Shown here: one piece after another, positions 1 through 10,433 of the stretch
Position numbering within the stretch: position 1 is the stretch's first letter
Layout: the number at the start of each line of letters is the position of its first letter
Assembly (NCBI GenBank): GCA_963665115.1
Contig: OY762007.1
Location: 768,001 to 832,000 of the forward strand
Length of the DNA: 64,000 nucleotides
Reading direction: 5' to 3'
Source of the DNA: an uncultured Rivularia sp.
Lineage (GTDB): Bacteria; Cyanobacteriota; Cyanobacteriia; Cyanobacteriales; Nostocaceae
Position numbers and translations under genes: made by a program
The notes under the pieces: model-generated
Databases searched by the model: none
What the model was told of the DNA's origin: nothing
Seen by the model: the letters and a program-made list of their open reading frames with translations, nothing else

Positions 1-705
1 GAATTGGGCTATATGTTGGCTAATCCTCAAGGTACGCCTTGGTTGATAAAAGCTGTTGAAGATGGTTTACTAAAATCTTCTTTTGAATACGTAACATCGC
101 TAACTTGTACTTTGATTGCAGAAGTTGACAAAGTAGCTTTGCAGCTTACAGAAGAATTTCCAAGTTTAAAGGAAATACTGCAACAAAATATTAGAGATAC
201 TGTAAAAATTACTTGGCTAGGTATTGCAAAACTAGCTTGCTTAGTCAATTTAAAGCCAGAAATAGCAGAAGCGGAATTAGAAAAACTTACCTATAGTCGT
301 GCTGAGATTCAAAGCGTAACTACAGCCTTGAGAACATTTCCCAGATTCGATGCACAATTATCCTTGAGAGAACAATATTTCTTATTTCGAGAAGCGGGTA
401 GCGTATTCCCGACTACAGCCATTTTAGCAACAGCTTATGACAATGTAGTCAGGGATATGTCCGAAGACAAGCCGCTAACAACATACGCATCTTTACTTTC
501 CCGCTACTTAAACCCTGATGATCCGGTTGCACATCCCACTCAATTGTTAAGTGGGAAACACATTATATCATCATTAAACATACCTTCGTCACCACTTATA
601 GGTAAATTACTGACAGAAATAGCAGTGGCACAAGTCGAAGGCAAGATTTCGACATCTTATGAAGCGATTGAATTTGCACGGAAGATGCTTGAAGAAAATG
701 GGTAA
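1..705 (+). CDS. C-terminal part of CCA tRNA nucleotidyltransferase / poly(A) polymerase family protein (5' truncated by window edge)
   Basis: C-terminal 'LLSGKHIISSLNIPSSPLIGKLLTEIAVAQVEGKIST..EAIEF' is typical of the CCA-adding/PAP tail. Confidence 0.75.
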   Translation, partial: ELGYMLANPQGTPWLIKAVEDGLLKSSFEYVTSLTCTLIAEVDKVALQLTEEFPSLKEILQQNIRDTVKITWLGIAKLACLVNLKPEIAEAELEKLTYSRAEIQSVTTALRTFPRFDAQLSLREQYFLFREAGSVFPTTAILATAYDNVVRDMSEDKPLTTYASLLSRYLNPDDPVAHPTQLLSGKHIISSLNIPSSPLIGKLLTEIAVAQVEGKISTSYEAIEFARKMLEENG

Positions 706-851
706 TGGGGAATTGGGGATTGGGGATTGGGGATTAGGCATCGGGCGTTGAGGAGATGGGGAAGAGTCGGGAGAAATTTGAAATTTCTTAAATTATTAAT
801 TACTTACTACTCTCTACTCCTCACTCCTCACCCTGTTGCCTCTTAAAACCT

Positions 852-1070
852 TTAATTATTAGCTTTTTCGACTAATTTCTTAAAATACAAATATGCTTCT
901 TCTGGTGTTAGTGCTTCTGATTTATCATCATGGGCAATAAAGTATTCTCTGCTGTCGGCAAAGAAACGTACTGTAAAGCTTGGTATTAAACCTAGTTTTA
1001 AAGCCTGTTTTCCTAACTCATCGGTTGTATCAGCTAAAGAATATCCGTCGTGAAATTTGGAAGCAGACAT
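852..1070 (-). CDS. small hypothetical protein (72 aa)
   Basis: ATG preceded by AGGAG RBS (minus strand); protein-like composition. Confidence 0.65.
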   Translation of the reverse strand: MSASKFHDGYSLADTTDELGKQALKLGLIPSFTVRFFADSREYFIAHDDKSEALTPEEAYLYFKKLVEKANN

Positions 1071-1163
1071 TTTTTCTCCTTTTTATTTATTAATTATTTA
1101 TCTATCTATTTACTAATAGTTTTTGATGCCATTTTTTTATAAAAGCACCAAAAACTATAAAAA

Positions 1164-1469
1164 TTACATTTCTTGCTGATATTTCTCTAAAATATCTACC
1201 AAACTGACTTGGCACTGTGAAGGTACCAAATCTAATAAAGATATTTCACTTTTACCGCCACCAACCTTGATGGGGATAGACTGTAAAACATGAATGACAT
1301 CTTCTTCATCCACGGATTTACCGGAACTTATTAAAGGATAAACTTGTTCGGCGACAACGGTATGCAGTTTTGCATCAGACAAATAAAGGTGCCACTTAGC
1401 GATATCTATATAGACATTTTCGCCAATTTCAGCGGCTAGGGCTTCCATGAATTCTGCGTTGTTAGACAT
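1164..1469 (-). CDS. conserved cyanobacterial protein (DUF3181-like)
   Basis: 'LAAEIGENVYIDIAKWHLYL' motif recognised from cyanobacterial/plastid conserved proteins. Confidence 0.7.
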   Translation of the reverse strand: MSNNAEFMEALAAEIGENVYIDIAKWHLYLSDAKLHTVVAEQVYPLISSGKSVDEEDVIHVLQSIPIKVGGGKSEISLLDLVPSQCQVSLVDILEKYQQEM

Positions 1470-1594
1470 AGCCTTAAAATAGTTCTATAGAGTTAACGCC
1501 ATAATATTGATAAGTTTTGTGAGAATTATGCTGAAATTCTCAAGTTAACTCTACCACCACAAGTTGCGATCGCCTTCACACTGATAGTCCATCT

Positions 1595-1852
1595 TTAGGT
1601 AGATTTTGGATTATCTGAATAATCAGCAATGACTGAAATATAAATCAGATGGGAGACTAATATTCCTAACCAACTTAATGTCAGAATGGGCAGCCATTCC
1701 CAGTTAGTTGAAAGAAAATTGTGAAAAAACCACAAGCTGGAATTAAATAAACCAAATGTCGCTACGTGAACGGCGAAATTTATCCTATCCTCTAGCTTAC
1801 GGTAAGCTGGGTCGTTTTTGCGGTCTGGTTCGCGGGGCCAACGTGGAGGCAT
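1595..1852 (-). CDS. 2TM domain-containing small membrane protein
   Basis: 'MPPRWPREPDR..DPAYRKLEDRINFAVHV' followed by two hydrophobic helices. Confidence 0.7.
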   Translation of the reverse strand: MPPRWPREPDRKNDPAYRKLEDRINFAVHVATFGLFNSSLWFFHNFLSTNWEWLPILTLSWLGILVSHLIYISVIADYSDNPKST

Positions 1853-2171
1853 AAATATTAATTAAAAAATAAACGGTACGGTGTAGAGACGGAGGTAGTG
1901 TCACGAGTGAAATGAGTAAGCAAGATGCTGGCACTACAGAAAATTCAGTATTTACCAGTGAAAGCTAGCGAGCAAGATGCTCGCACTACAGAAATTCGTC
2001 TCTACATCATTTCTATAATTTTAATGTTATCCGCGCCACAAATCTAATTTACTTAAGATAGTTGCTCTAAGCCTAAAAGCTGGAGCTACAATTACGAAGC
2101 CCACCTGCGTAGGCTAAATTAAGCGCATCTTTATAAAGATAAGAATCCAAAATCTAAAATCCAAAATAGAT

Positions 2172-2232
2172 ATGACTATCTTTGAGCAAATAGATGAAGA
2201 TATGTATTTTCCCAACGGTGACGGCAAACCAA
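2172..2232 (+). pseudogene. N-terminal fragment of a Uma2-family endonuclease
   Basis: Reads MTIFEQIDEDMYFPNGDGKP (cf. the YPDSDGKPMA start of cyanobacterial Uma2 proteins), then similarity ends. Confidence 0.4.
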
Positions 2233-2611
2233 TCTTCTTATCTCGAATAAATTTTCGTATCTGCCGTGCTGTAATTATTGAATTCTATATGAATGAAACT
2301 GACAGCATATTTCCCTTCTTCCACTTCCCATAAATTCACTTCATAGAGACTTTCGGCATTTACTTGATAATGAAGCCTCGTGCGTTGAATTAAATTCATA
2401 ATTTTTGTTTTACACCCTGAGAATAATATAAAGTCCGTTTAATTCTGGTTTACGCTATAGTTTCTCCTTGCCACAAGAAAGAAACAGTTTAAATATATAC
2501 ATTCAGGTACGATTCAAAATCCATTTTCGCTTACTTTTTCGGAATTCTCCAATGGCAAACTTGTAGTTATCAATTAAACTGAGCTTTTATCAGGAAATCA
2601 TTAATATTACT

Positions 2612-3883
2612 ATGTCGCGCAAAAAGAAAGAGCCGAGCGGGTGCGGATGTTTAAATATTCCAATATCAGTAATTGTACTGCTTTTAGGAGGTGGTATCTG
2701 GTTATTTACTCAGAGAGATAACTTAGGTATTAGCAAAATTATTCCTAATACAGATCGGTTAAATATTCCTTTTATTTCTACAAAACCGACTCCAACTGTT
2801 ACTTCAGTTCCGACTTCAGTTACTTCTTCACCTCCCAAAGAATCACCTCCAAAACTTCCTTTAAATCCGACTCCAATCGCTTCTTCAACTCCTATACCAA
2901 CACTAAAAGTAACACCAACACCTACTTCATCTCCAGAAATAAAAGCTCAGAAAAAACCAGTTGCAGTTAAACCAACACCTGTACCTAAGACACCTTGGGA
3001 GAAAAAAGAAATTAGAGGCATTTATTTAAGTCGTTATAACATCACTAATAATACCAGCGAGAAAGTAATTCGCCAAAGAGTTCGTTACTACAAGAGTAAA
3101 GGATTTAATACTATTATTCATGGTGTTTGGGGAAATGCTTGTACCATGTATAAAAGCGAAGTTATGCAGCAAACTTTGGGCTATAAAAGTTGTCCAAATC
3201 TATTTAAAGATAAATGGTTGGATTGGTTAATTGATGAAGCACATAAACAGGGAATGGAAATTCATGCTTATTTTGAAAAAGGGATAAAAATCGATAAAAA
3301 TAGTCCGATATTCGATTTAGCAGTTGAGAAAAGATGGATTGTTCCCGGTGTAGATAAAACCTATGCAGGCATCGATCATTATGTGCTTGATGTTGAGATT
3401 CCTGAAGTTGCGAATTTCTTTAGAGATATTTTAGCCGAATTTGTAACAAAGTATCCCAAAATCGATGCAGTGCAATGGGATGATTATTTAGGATATCATG
3501 CGGAATTACCGGGAAAAGTTAATCGCACCGATAAATTAACTAAGTTTACACAGCAGATGATAGCAGCGATGAAACAAGCTAACCCTTCAGTTAGTTTTGA
3601 TCTTTGTCATCACAATCCTTATTGGGCTAAACGATATTTTGCAGCAGATTATCAAAAATGGAAAGTTGATAGAATATTTATTCAGGCTTATAACGAAGAT
3701 GGTTTCAACGAAGAAGTGAATTACGCTAAAAAAGTTGATGGCATTGCTATTAGCGATAAACAGTTTCATCGCGTAGAAGAATTAGTAAAAAATAAAGATA
3801 TTAAGAGCATTTTAGTATTTCCGATTGCTGGGAAACCCAAAGAAACTGCTTATAAATTAAATGAATTAATAGAAAAAAAGTAG
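2612..3883 (+). CDS. membrane-anchored glycoside hydrolase, GHL10/DUF187 family, with Pro/Thr-rich linker
   Basis: N-terminal TM helix, PT-rich linker, 'EIRGIYL', 'LIDEAHKQGMEIHAYFE', 'IDAVQWDDY'. Confidence 0.8.
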   Translation: MSRKKKEPSGCGCLNIPISVIVLLLGGGIWLFTQRDNLGISKIIPNTDRLNIPFISTKPTPTVTSVPTSVTSSPPKESPPKLPLNPTPIASSTPIPTLKVTPTPTSSPEIKAQKKPVAVKPTPVPKTPWEKKEIRGIYLSRYNITNNTSEKVIRQRVRYYKSKGFNTIIHGVWGNACTMYKSEVMQQTLGYKSCPNLFKDKWLDWLIDEAHKQGMEIHAYFEKGIKIDKNSPIFDLAVEKRWIVPGVDKTYAGIDHYVLDVEIPEVANFFRDILAEFVTKYPKIDAVQWDDYLGYHAELPGKVNRTDKLTKFTQQMIAAMKQANPSVSFDLCHHNPYWAKRYFAADYQKWKVDRIFIQAYNEDGFNEEVNYAKKVDGIAISDKQFHRVEELVKNKDIKSILVFPIAGKPKETAYKLNELIEKK

Positions 3884-3950
3884 ATGTAGGTTCGTAGTAG
3901 CGCTTTAGCGCATCCGGGAAGAGGTGCTGAAGCGCTACTACGAACCTATT

Positions 3951-4244
3951 TTAATTCAATTCCCACACGATTATTTTAGATTCTTTATCCTTAACTCGAT
4001 TAATAAAATGTAATTTTTCCAAAGTCCGTAAATAGATTTTACAGGTATTACTATTTAATCCCGTTTCCGTAACTATTTCTTCCGTACTTAGTTTACTATC
4101 CGAACTTTTTTGAATCTCTAACAGTATATGATTCGCAGTATTTATATAAGAAACAAAACACAAGTTAGTTATTTCTGAAGCTTTGATTAAATCCTGCTTC
4201 TTTGCTTCTTTCAAAATCGAAAATACTTTTTGTTCGTCTGCCAT
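3951..4244 (-). CDS. winged helix-turn-helix protein
   Basis: 'LSTEEIVTETGLNSNTCKIYLRTLEKLHFI' wHTH pattern. Confidence 0.6.
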   Translation of the reverse strand: MADEQKVFSILKEAKKQDLIKASEITNLCFVSYINTANHILLEIQKSSDSKLSTEEIVTETGLNSNTCKIYLRTLEKLHFINRVKDKESKIIVWELN

Positions 4245-4331
4245 TTTTCAATGCAATCCTTTCTAGGGATTTTATCATGCTTTGAAATATCTAATCTCGT
4301 TCGATTCCGCTATCATTTTAATGAGTTTTAA

Positions 4332-4439
4332 GAAACGCTAAGGGCACAACAAGAAGCTCAATGCGCCGATGTTGCAGAACAAAAAGCCCAACAAATGGCG
4401 GAAAAGTTGCGCGAGTTAGGGATAGATCCAGATAGTTTG
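4332..4439 (+). pseudogene. C-terminal fragment of a Uma2-family endonuclease
   Basis: Reads ETLRAQQEAQCADVAEQKAQQMAEKLRELGIDPDSL, the characteristic coiled-coil/LGIDP tail; no upstream body. Confidence 0.55.
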
Positions 4440-4843
4440 AGTTATTGCAATAAACTCAAGCTCATAATTCATTGAACATTTAAGCCTAGTCTCTTATATA
4501 CTTCCTGAGCAGGAATACCTTTTTTACCATTTTTATGTGCTTCGCGTGAGGCAATTAATATGCAGTTTAACTTCTTCTCTAATTTCTTTACCAGCATCAG
4601 CATCGGCAAAAAAATTTAAACCAGTTTTTTTCATTTCACATTTTGCAGCACTATCAGAAACCCGGTTTCTTGCTCGTCTCACACTGAGTTAATTGTGTTT
4701 CACCAAAAAAAACCGGGTTTCTAAAGGCTCGTTAAATTGCATATTAATTCCTTCTGTTATTTCTATACAAAGATAAATATAATTAAACCCACCTTAACGA
4801 TGGGCTTTGTTTCTGTAGACTCTACAAAAATGATAAATCCGTT

Positions 4844-5614
4844 TTAAAAGTTGTAACTAAAAACCTGAATTGCGCTATTCTCTGGTAAACTACCAGGACT
4901 CACGCTAATCGTATCGCTTTCACTACGGCGTACATTCATTCCGCCCATTATCGCTAGAAAATCATCTACAGGCGCAATATCACAATTTTCGTTGTCGGCA
5001 GCTTGGGTACGATAATGAGTAGGAACAACTAGCTTCGGATTTAGAACTTGAATTGCCTTTCTAGCTTCCTCAGCATTGTAAGCCTTATCGCTACCACCTA
5101 CAGGTACTAATAGCACGTCAGGACGACCCATCAAAATCTTCTGTTCTAAGGAAATAGGTGCAGCAGCCCCTCCCAAATGTAAGATGTTGACTCCTGCTTG
5201 CTTCCACTGCCAAGCCGTATTTATACCAAAACGTTTTCCACCAACGCGATCGTGATCTATGGCTATTCCTTGAAACTTGATTCCTTTAAACTGGTAAACC
5301 CCAGGCTGATAAATTAATTTAGGTCCTCCCGGCAAACCTTCTACCGCACCTTCATCCAACAATTGGCTGCTAATTAACACCAACTCGGCAGCAACATTGG
5401 GTGGACGATAGCCAGCAGTACAGCCTATAGTACGGAAAGGATTAACTAAGATTTTTGTACCGCCACCCGTAAACAAAAAGCTAGTATGGCCTAACCACTT
5501 AATTGATAGCGAATCACCAGATTGGGCATTTACTCGCAACCCAGAACCTAAGTTAGCAAACAACGCACCTGCTAACCCCGCTCCAGCGTAGCCAATCAAT
5601 TGTCGTCGTTTCAT
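4844..5614 (-). CDS. MBL-fold metallo-hydrolase with Tat signal peptide
   Basis: MKRRQLI twin-Arg signal; 'WLGHTSF', 'VVPTHY'; several canonical His/Asp metal ligands appear replaced. Confidence 0.8.
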   Translation of the reverse strand: MKRRQLIGYAGAGLAGALFANLGSGLRVNAQSGDSLSIKWLGHTSFLFTGGGTKILVNPFRTIGCTAGYRPPNVAAELVLISSQLLDEGAVEGLPGGPKLIYQPGVYQFKGIKFQGIAIDHDRVGGKRFGINTAWQWKQAGVNILHLGGAAAPISLEQKILMGRPDVLLVPVGGSDKAYNAEEARKAIQVLNPKLVVPTHYRTQAADNENCDIAPVDDFLAIMGGMNVRRSESDTISVSPGSLPENSAIQVFSYNF

Positions 5615-6214
5615 TTACTTATCTGCATATAATTTTTCTAGAAAGTTTTGCAATAATTGCTTTCCCGAATTTGTCAGGATACTCTCTGGATGAAATTGGA
5701 CTCCTTCTATGTGAGAAAAGTTCCTGTGTCGCACTCCCATAATCGTCCCATCTTCAACCCAGGCAGTGATTTCTAACGCATCCGGAATTGTATCTCGCTC
5801 TATTACTAAACTATGATACCTGGTTGCGGTCATCGGATTATCCAATCCGCGAAAAACTCCTACTCCAGTATGAAAAACTTCAGAAGTTTTACCATGCATC
5901 AAACAGGCAGCAGAAACTATTTTACCGCCAAATACTTGACCTATACTTTGATGCCCCAAACATACGCCTAGAATGGGGTACTTCTCCCCCAATTCTTCAA
6001 TTAATTGTAAAGAAATTCCTGCATCTTCTGGTCTTCCGGGGCCAGGAGAAATCACTATCCCATCTGGCTCCAATGCCCGAATTTCATCCAAAGATATTTT
6101 ATTGTTACGAAATACCTCAATTCTAGCTGCCACGGGAAAATTTACAGCCAGTTCACCCAAATACTGTACCAAATTATAGGTAAAGCTGTCGTAATTATCT
6201 ATAACTATCAGCAC
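5615..6214 (-). CDS. trpG: anthranilate/aminodeoxychorismate synthase component II (glutamine amidotransferase)
   Basis: [32 protein letters not shown] start chosen at 6214. Confidence 0.93.
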   Translation of the reverse strand: MLIVIDNYDSFTYNLVQYLGELAVNFPVAARIEVFRNNKISLDEIRALEPDGIVISPGPGRPEDAGISLQLIEELGEKYPILGVCLGHQSIGQVFGGKIVSAACLMHGKTSEVFHTGVGVFRGLDNPMTATRYHSLVIERDTIPDALEITAWVEDGTIMGVRHRNFSHIEGVQFHPESILTNSGKQLLQNFLEKLYADK

Positions 6215-6260
6215 AGCGATTAAACTCCCAAGTTTTATCTCTGATGCCAAGTTTATCCGA

Positions 6261-6299
6261 TTGTCTTAACTGTTTGTCCTAACTGTTTGTCTTAACTGT
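6261..6299. repeat. 13-bp tandem repeat x3 (TTGTCYTAACTGT)
   Basis: ttgtcttaactgt ttgtcctaactgt ttgtcttaactgt read directly. Confidence 0.85.
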
Positions 6300-6311
6300 A
6301 AATTTTAAAAG

Positions 6312-6767
6312 TCACAAAGACGATAAAATCAACTCGAACAAAGGAGGCAATATAAGCATAGCAGCTACCAGTAACGCCACCAAAGCCGAAACCAACACCG
6401 CAGCAGCAGCACAGTCTTTAGCAATTTTCGCTAATTCGTGATACTTTTGCTCAACTGTCAAATCAACAACAGATTCAACGGCTGTATTAAGCAGTTCCAA
6501 AGCCATAACTAAACCACTAGTAACTGCGATTACCGCAATTTCGACCGCTTGCAAATGTAAAAAAACGCTCAAGCCAATAGCCAAAGCGCAAACAGATATG
6601 TGGATGCGGAAATTACGCTGAGTTTGAAAAGCGTAAGTAATTCCAGCCCAGGCATATTTAAAACTAACAAACAAGTTGGAGGCAACTGCCCAAGATAATT
6701 CTCTTTGTTTAGACACTACGGTTTCTAAACGGTTTACTTTAGGTGAAGATGAAATTTGCTGGGACAT
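6312..6767 (-). CDS. dgkA: diacylglycerol/undecaprenol kinase (DAGK_prokar)
   Basis: 'SFKYAWAGI..QRNFRIH', 'ELLNTAVESVVD', 'AKIAKDCAAAAV'; next to ybeY. Confidence 0.9.
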   Translation of the reverse strand: MSQQISSSPKVNRLETVVSKQRELSWAVASNLFVSFKYAWAGITYAFQTQRNFRIHISVCALAIGLSVFLHLQAVEIAVIAVTSGLVMALELLNTAVESVVDLTVEQKYHELAKIAKDCAAAAVLVSALVALLVAAMLILPPLFELILSSL

Positions 6768-6920
6768 AGGCTAATAAGTATGATTGCTACAAGCGTGAGA
6801 TGAATTTTTCCCGAGTTTTAAAGACTAATTAAAAACTAAATCAACGTTTTCCCAATTTTATACAGGAACATTTTTAAAGAGATAATTGAAATATGACATT
6901 AAAAAAATTCATAAGCGAAT

Positions 6921-7463
6921 CTATTCTAGGTCTATATCAATACTCAATGTCTTCAGTAGCATTACCTGCTTTTCCAGCATTCTTCGTAAACTTTCTTCAT
7001 CAGGATGATCCCACCCGATAAGATGTAGCAAACCATGAGATGCTAGCCAAGCTAATTCTGTTTTTAAGGGATGTCCTTGTTGTATCGCTTGCTTACGAGC
7101 AGTATCAACGGAAACAACAATATCACCTAAATATAAAGGTTCATTCTCGGTATCAATTTCTGTAACGTGTGGCGAATCTACTTCCAAAGCCGCAAAAGCC
7201 AAAACATCTGTAGGCTTATCTTGATAACGGTATTGAGAATTTAGGGTTTGAATCTCCGAGTCATCTGTCAAACGCAACCCAATTTCAATAGCAGAAACTG
7301 GGGAGATATCGGATTTCATCATATCCACCCATTCACAAAACCATTTGTCCCAAGTTTCTGCACAAATGCGGACATCTTGATGCTCATTCTCCACAGCCTC
7401 GTTTGGAGAAGATTCATAATAATTATCCTGCACGTAAACTTCAACGGAAAGCCGTTTATCCAC
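6921..7463 (-). CDS. ybeY: rRNA maturation RNase YbeY
   Basis: 'LN..YR..DKPTDVLAF', 'LGDIVVS', 'HGLLHLIGWDH'. Confidence 0.95.
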   Translation of the reverse strand: MDKRLSVEVYVQDNYYESSPNEAVENEHQDVRICAETWDKWFCEWVDMMKSDISPVSAIEIGLRLTDDSEIQTLNSQYRYQDKPTDVLAFAALEVDSPHVTEIDTENEPLYLGDIVVSVDTARKQAIQQGHPLKTELAWLASHGLLHLIGWDHPDEESLRRMLEKQVMLLKTLSIDIDLE

Positions 7464-7477
7464 TCAAGCTCCCCTCG

Positions 7478-7633
7478 TCAATGAGTTAGATAAGCAAGAC
7501 CAATTAAAACAGCCAACAGTCCAAAAGTAGTAAGTGCAAAATGCTTGAGCGAGGTGCCACCCTTTTGCACCATATTCCGCATTGCCAGTTTCGTATAGCT
7601 GGGTTTATCTTCCTTGGTAGAAGAGTCGTTCAT
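7478..7633 (-). CDS. small membrane protein (DUF3285-like)
   Basis: 'PSYTKLAMRNMVQKGGTSLKHFALT' plus C-terminal TM helix; lies between prfB and ybeY. Confidence 0.75.
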   Translation of the reverse strand: MNDSSTKEDKPSYTKLAMRNMVQKGGTSLKHFALTTFGLLAVLIGLAYLTH

Positions 7634-7853
7634 AAAAATTCCATAACAAACTCTTCTACCAATGTAACAACTTGTTGAGAAATGGAGCGCCAATTTGGCA
7701 TTTTTTAGAATTTGGGCATAGGGGATGGGGGATGGGACATTGTTAAATATTTAGGAGTTAGGAGTAGCAAGTAGAGAGTAGTGAATTAGTTTTATTTTCT
7801 GCCCATCTCCCCCTCTCTCCAATGCCCAATCCCCATTACCCATTTCCAATTCC

Positions 7854-8973
7854 CTATTCCCCATTCTCCGTTACTTGGTTTTCCTGTCGCAGATAGGCTT
7901 GAATGAAGGAATCTAGTTCTCCATCCATCACGTCTGTTATGGCTGTTGTTTCGATGTTGGTACGCAAGTCTTTTACCATCTGGTAAGGATGGAATACATA
8001 GTTACGTATTTGATTTCCCCAACTTGCTTCCACCATATCACCGCGAATTTCAGCGACTTCTTGGGCGTGTTGTTCTTGAGCCACAACCAACAGCTTTGCT
8101 TTGAGACGAGCAAGGGCTTTTTCTTTGTTTTGCAGTTGCGATCGCTCTTCGGTACATCGCACTGCAATACTTGTGGGCAAGTGAACAATTCGGACTGCCG
8201 TTTCTACTTTGTTGACGTTTTGTCCGCCTTTACCGCCTGCCCTGGATGTAGTAATTTCTAAATCCTTATCGGGAATATCCAATTCTACATTGCCGTCTAT
8301 CTCAGGCATGACTTCTACGCCAGCAAAACTGGTTTGTCGCTTACCGTTAGCGTTGAAAGGAGAAATTCTAACTAACCGATGGGTACCCATTTCCGAACGC
8401 AAATACCCGTAGGCATAGCGCCCGGTAATTTCTAGAGTTACCGATTTTATACCAGCTTCATCTCCATCCGATTTATCGCTTATTGCAACCTTATAACCGT
8501 GACTTTCTCCCCAGCGCGTATACATTCGCAGCATCATTTCCGCCCAATCTTGAGCGTCAGTACCGCCAGCACCGGCTGTTATTGTTAGAGAAGCGCCTTT
8601 GCTATCGTAAGGGCCAGAAAGTAACTGCTGTAACTCCCACTGGTCGAGTTCGCGGCTGAGACTTGTAACGTTAGATACAGCTTCATTCAGTAGCGACTCG
8701 TCGGTATCGGACTCTAAAAGTTCGACAACTGCGCGGGTATCTTCTAAGCTAGAATGCCAGTTATGATACTGTTGCAGATAAGATTTAAGTTCGTTAAGCT
8801 CTTGCAGGGTATCTTGAGCTTGATTTTGATCTTCCCAAAATTCCGGCTGTGCTGCAATTTGTTCTAAATCTTGAATTTTAGCTTTGAGTGCGGGTAAGTC
8901 AAAGATAGTCCTGAGTTTTACCCAGGCGATTAGATAACGTTTCGATTTCCCGTTTGATCTCTAGAACTTCCAT
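7854..8973 (-). CDS. prfB: peptide chain release factor 2, programmed +1 frameshift (join 8902..8973 and 7854..8900; ~372 aa)
   Basis: [24 protein letters not shown] then CTT-TGA-C, continuing +1 as DLPALKA; GAGG, RISPF and GGQ motifs intact. Confidence 0.97.
8898..8912 (-). promoter_or_regulatory. prfB +1 frameshift cassette (AGGAC TAT CTT TGA C)
   Basis: Canonical CUU-UGA-C slippery site with an AGG SD-like element upstream. Confidence 0.93.
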
Positions 8974-9117
8974 ATTTGTTTGTGATTTTTATTAGCTTTG
9001 ATGCTTCTAGAATCTCAGTGTATTTTATATCCCTTTATGATTCTAGCGAAGGAATTGGGGATTGGCATGGGGGATTGGGGATTGGGGATTGGGGATTGGA
9101 TGTTAAGAATAAAAGAT

Positions 9118-9187
9118 GGTGCGTGACGGCAATTTCAATTTATCGGGCTATGCTTTGATAATTTATCGTAGCCGTCACGCACCCTAC
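9118..9187 (-). repeat. GTAG-type REP hairpin (GTAG-GGTGCGTGACGGC...GCCGTCACGCACC); further copies at 10363-10431 and 11592-11654
   Basis: 13-bp perfect inverted repeat, ~40-nt AT-rich loop, 5' GTAG on the minus strand; three copies bracket the RF2 paralogs. Confidence 0.8.
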
Positions 9188-10264
9188 AATTTGAGATAAG
9201 CTTTGGTGAACAAATCAAGGTTTCCTTTCATCACTTCTTCAATGTCAGTTGTTTCTACGTTGGTACGTAAATCTTTAACTTTTTGGTAAGGATGAAAGAT
9301 GTATTCGCGGATTGGGTTATTATCTACATTTTTGGATGATGGTTTTTTGACATCTGTAAGTGCAACACCTTGAGCTTGCATTAATGAAAATAGCTTACTT
9401 TTAACAACAGCTAAGGCTTTTTCCTTATTAAGCAATTGAGAACGTTTATCTCTAGAAGTGAAGGAAATACCAGTAGGAATATGAGTTACTTTCACTAATA
9501 CGCTTCTGCGGTTACTGTTAGGGTTGCTAGGCTGTACATAAAATTCCAAATCCTGTATCGGAATTTCAAATACCGATTCATCTATAATCGGCGTAACTTC
9601 CACCTTTGCAAAACTAGTTTTAATAGCAGCCTTTTTACAAAAAGGTGAAATTCGTTTCAGTTGATGAATTCCTTGCTCGGATTTGAGATATCCATAAGCA
9701 TACTTACCGAAAATTTCTAAAGTCACATAGTTAAAGCCAACCAATTCTCCTATCGACTCGTCCAAAAACCGGAGTTTGCAGTCATGGCGATCGCACCAAT
9801 CATCGTACATTTGTAGCAACATATGTACCCAATCTTGGGAATCTAGATCGTTATTACCAGCAGTAATAGTAATAAAAGCTCCTTTATCATCAAAAGGCTG
9901 ATTCAGCAGGCTGATGATTTCAACGTGTTTGAGTTGGCTGCTTAAGAAATCATAGTTAGTTTGCAATTCTTGCTGTAACTGCTCGTCAGCTTCAGATTCC
10001 AAAAGTTCTAAAGCTGCTTTGGCATTATTCAAACAAGTTCGCAATTCTTGATATTTTTCTTGTTCGTAGAATATCAAATAGGTTAATTCTTGAAGGGAGT
10101 TATGAGCAATTACGGTATCTTGCCAAAATTCAGGTTTTATAAGTAGCTTTTCTAGATCCCTTACTCTTGCACTTATTTTATGGATGTCAAAGACAGTGTT
10201 GAGGTTGGCTGAGGAACTTAGATAATGTTTCGATTTCGCGTTTTACTTTTGATAGTGCCAGCAT
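9184..10264 (-). CDS. RF2 paralog lacking GGQ, +1 frameshift at CTT-TGA-C (join 10190..10264 and 9184..10188; ~359 aa)
   Basis: [25 protein letters not shown], then +1 frame DIHKISARVRDLEK..PEFWQD runs open into the 9184..10077 ORF; RISPF present; GGQ loop replaced by VQPSNPNSNRRS. Confidence 0.85.
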
Positions 10265-10433
10265 ATTTTTCTCTTGTTGAGACACGTTAAATGAATTGTA
10301 GTACAAAAATGGGGATTGGTGATAGGGAATTGGGCATTGGGGATTGGGGATTAATAACAGGTGGTGCGTGACGGCAATTTCAATTTATTTCGTTATGTTT
10401 GATAATTTATTAGAGCCGTCACACACCCTACAA

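Noticed and set aside
8976..9158. 60-aa ORF containing GIGDWGL repeats
   Set aside because: Translation of STRR and REP DNA; not a credible protein
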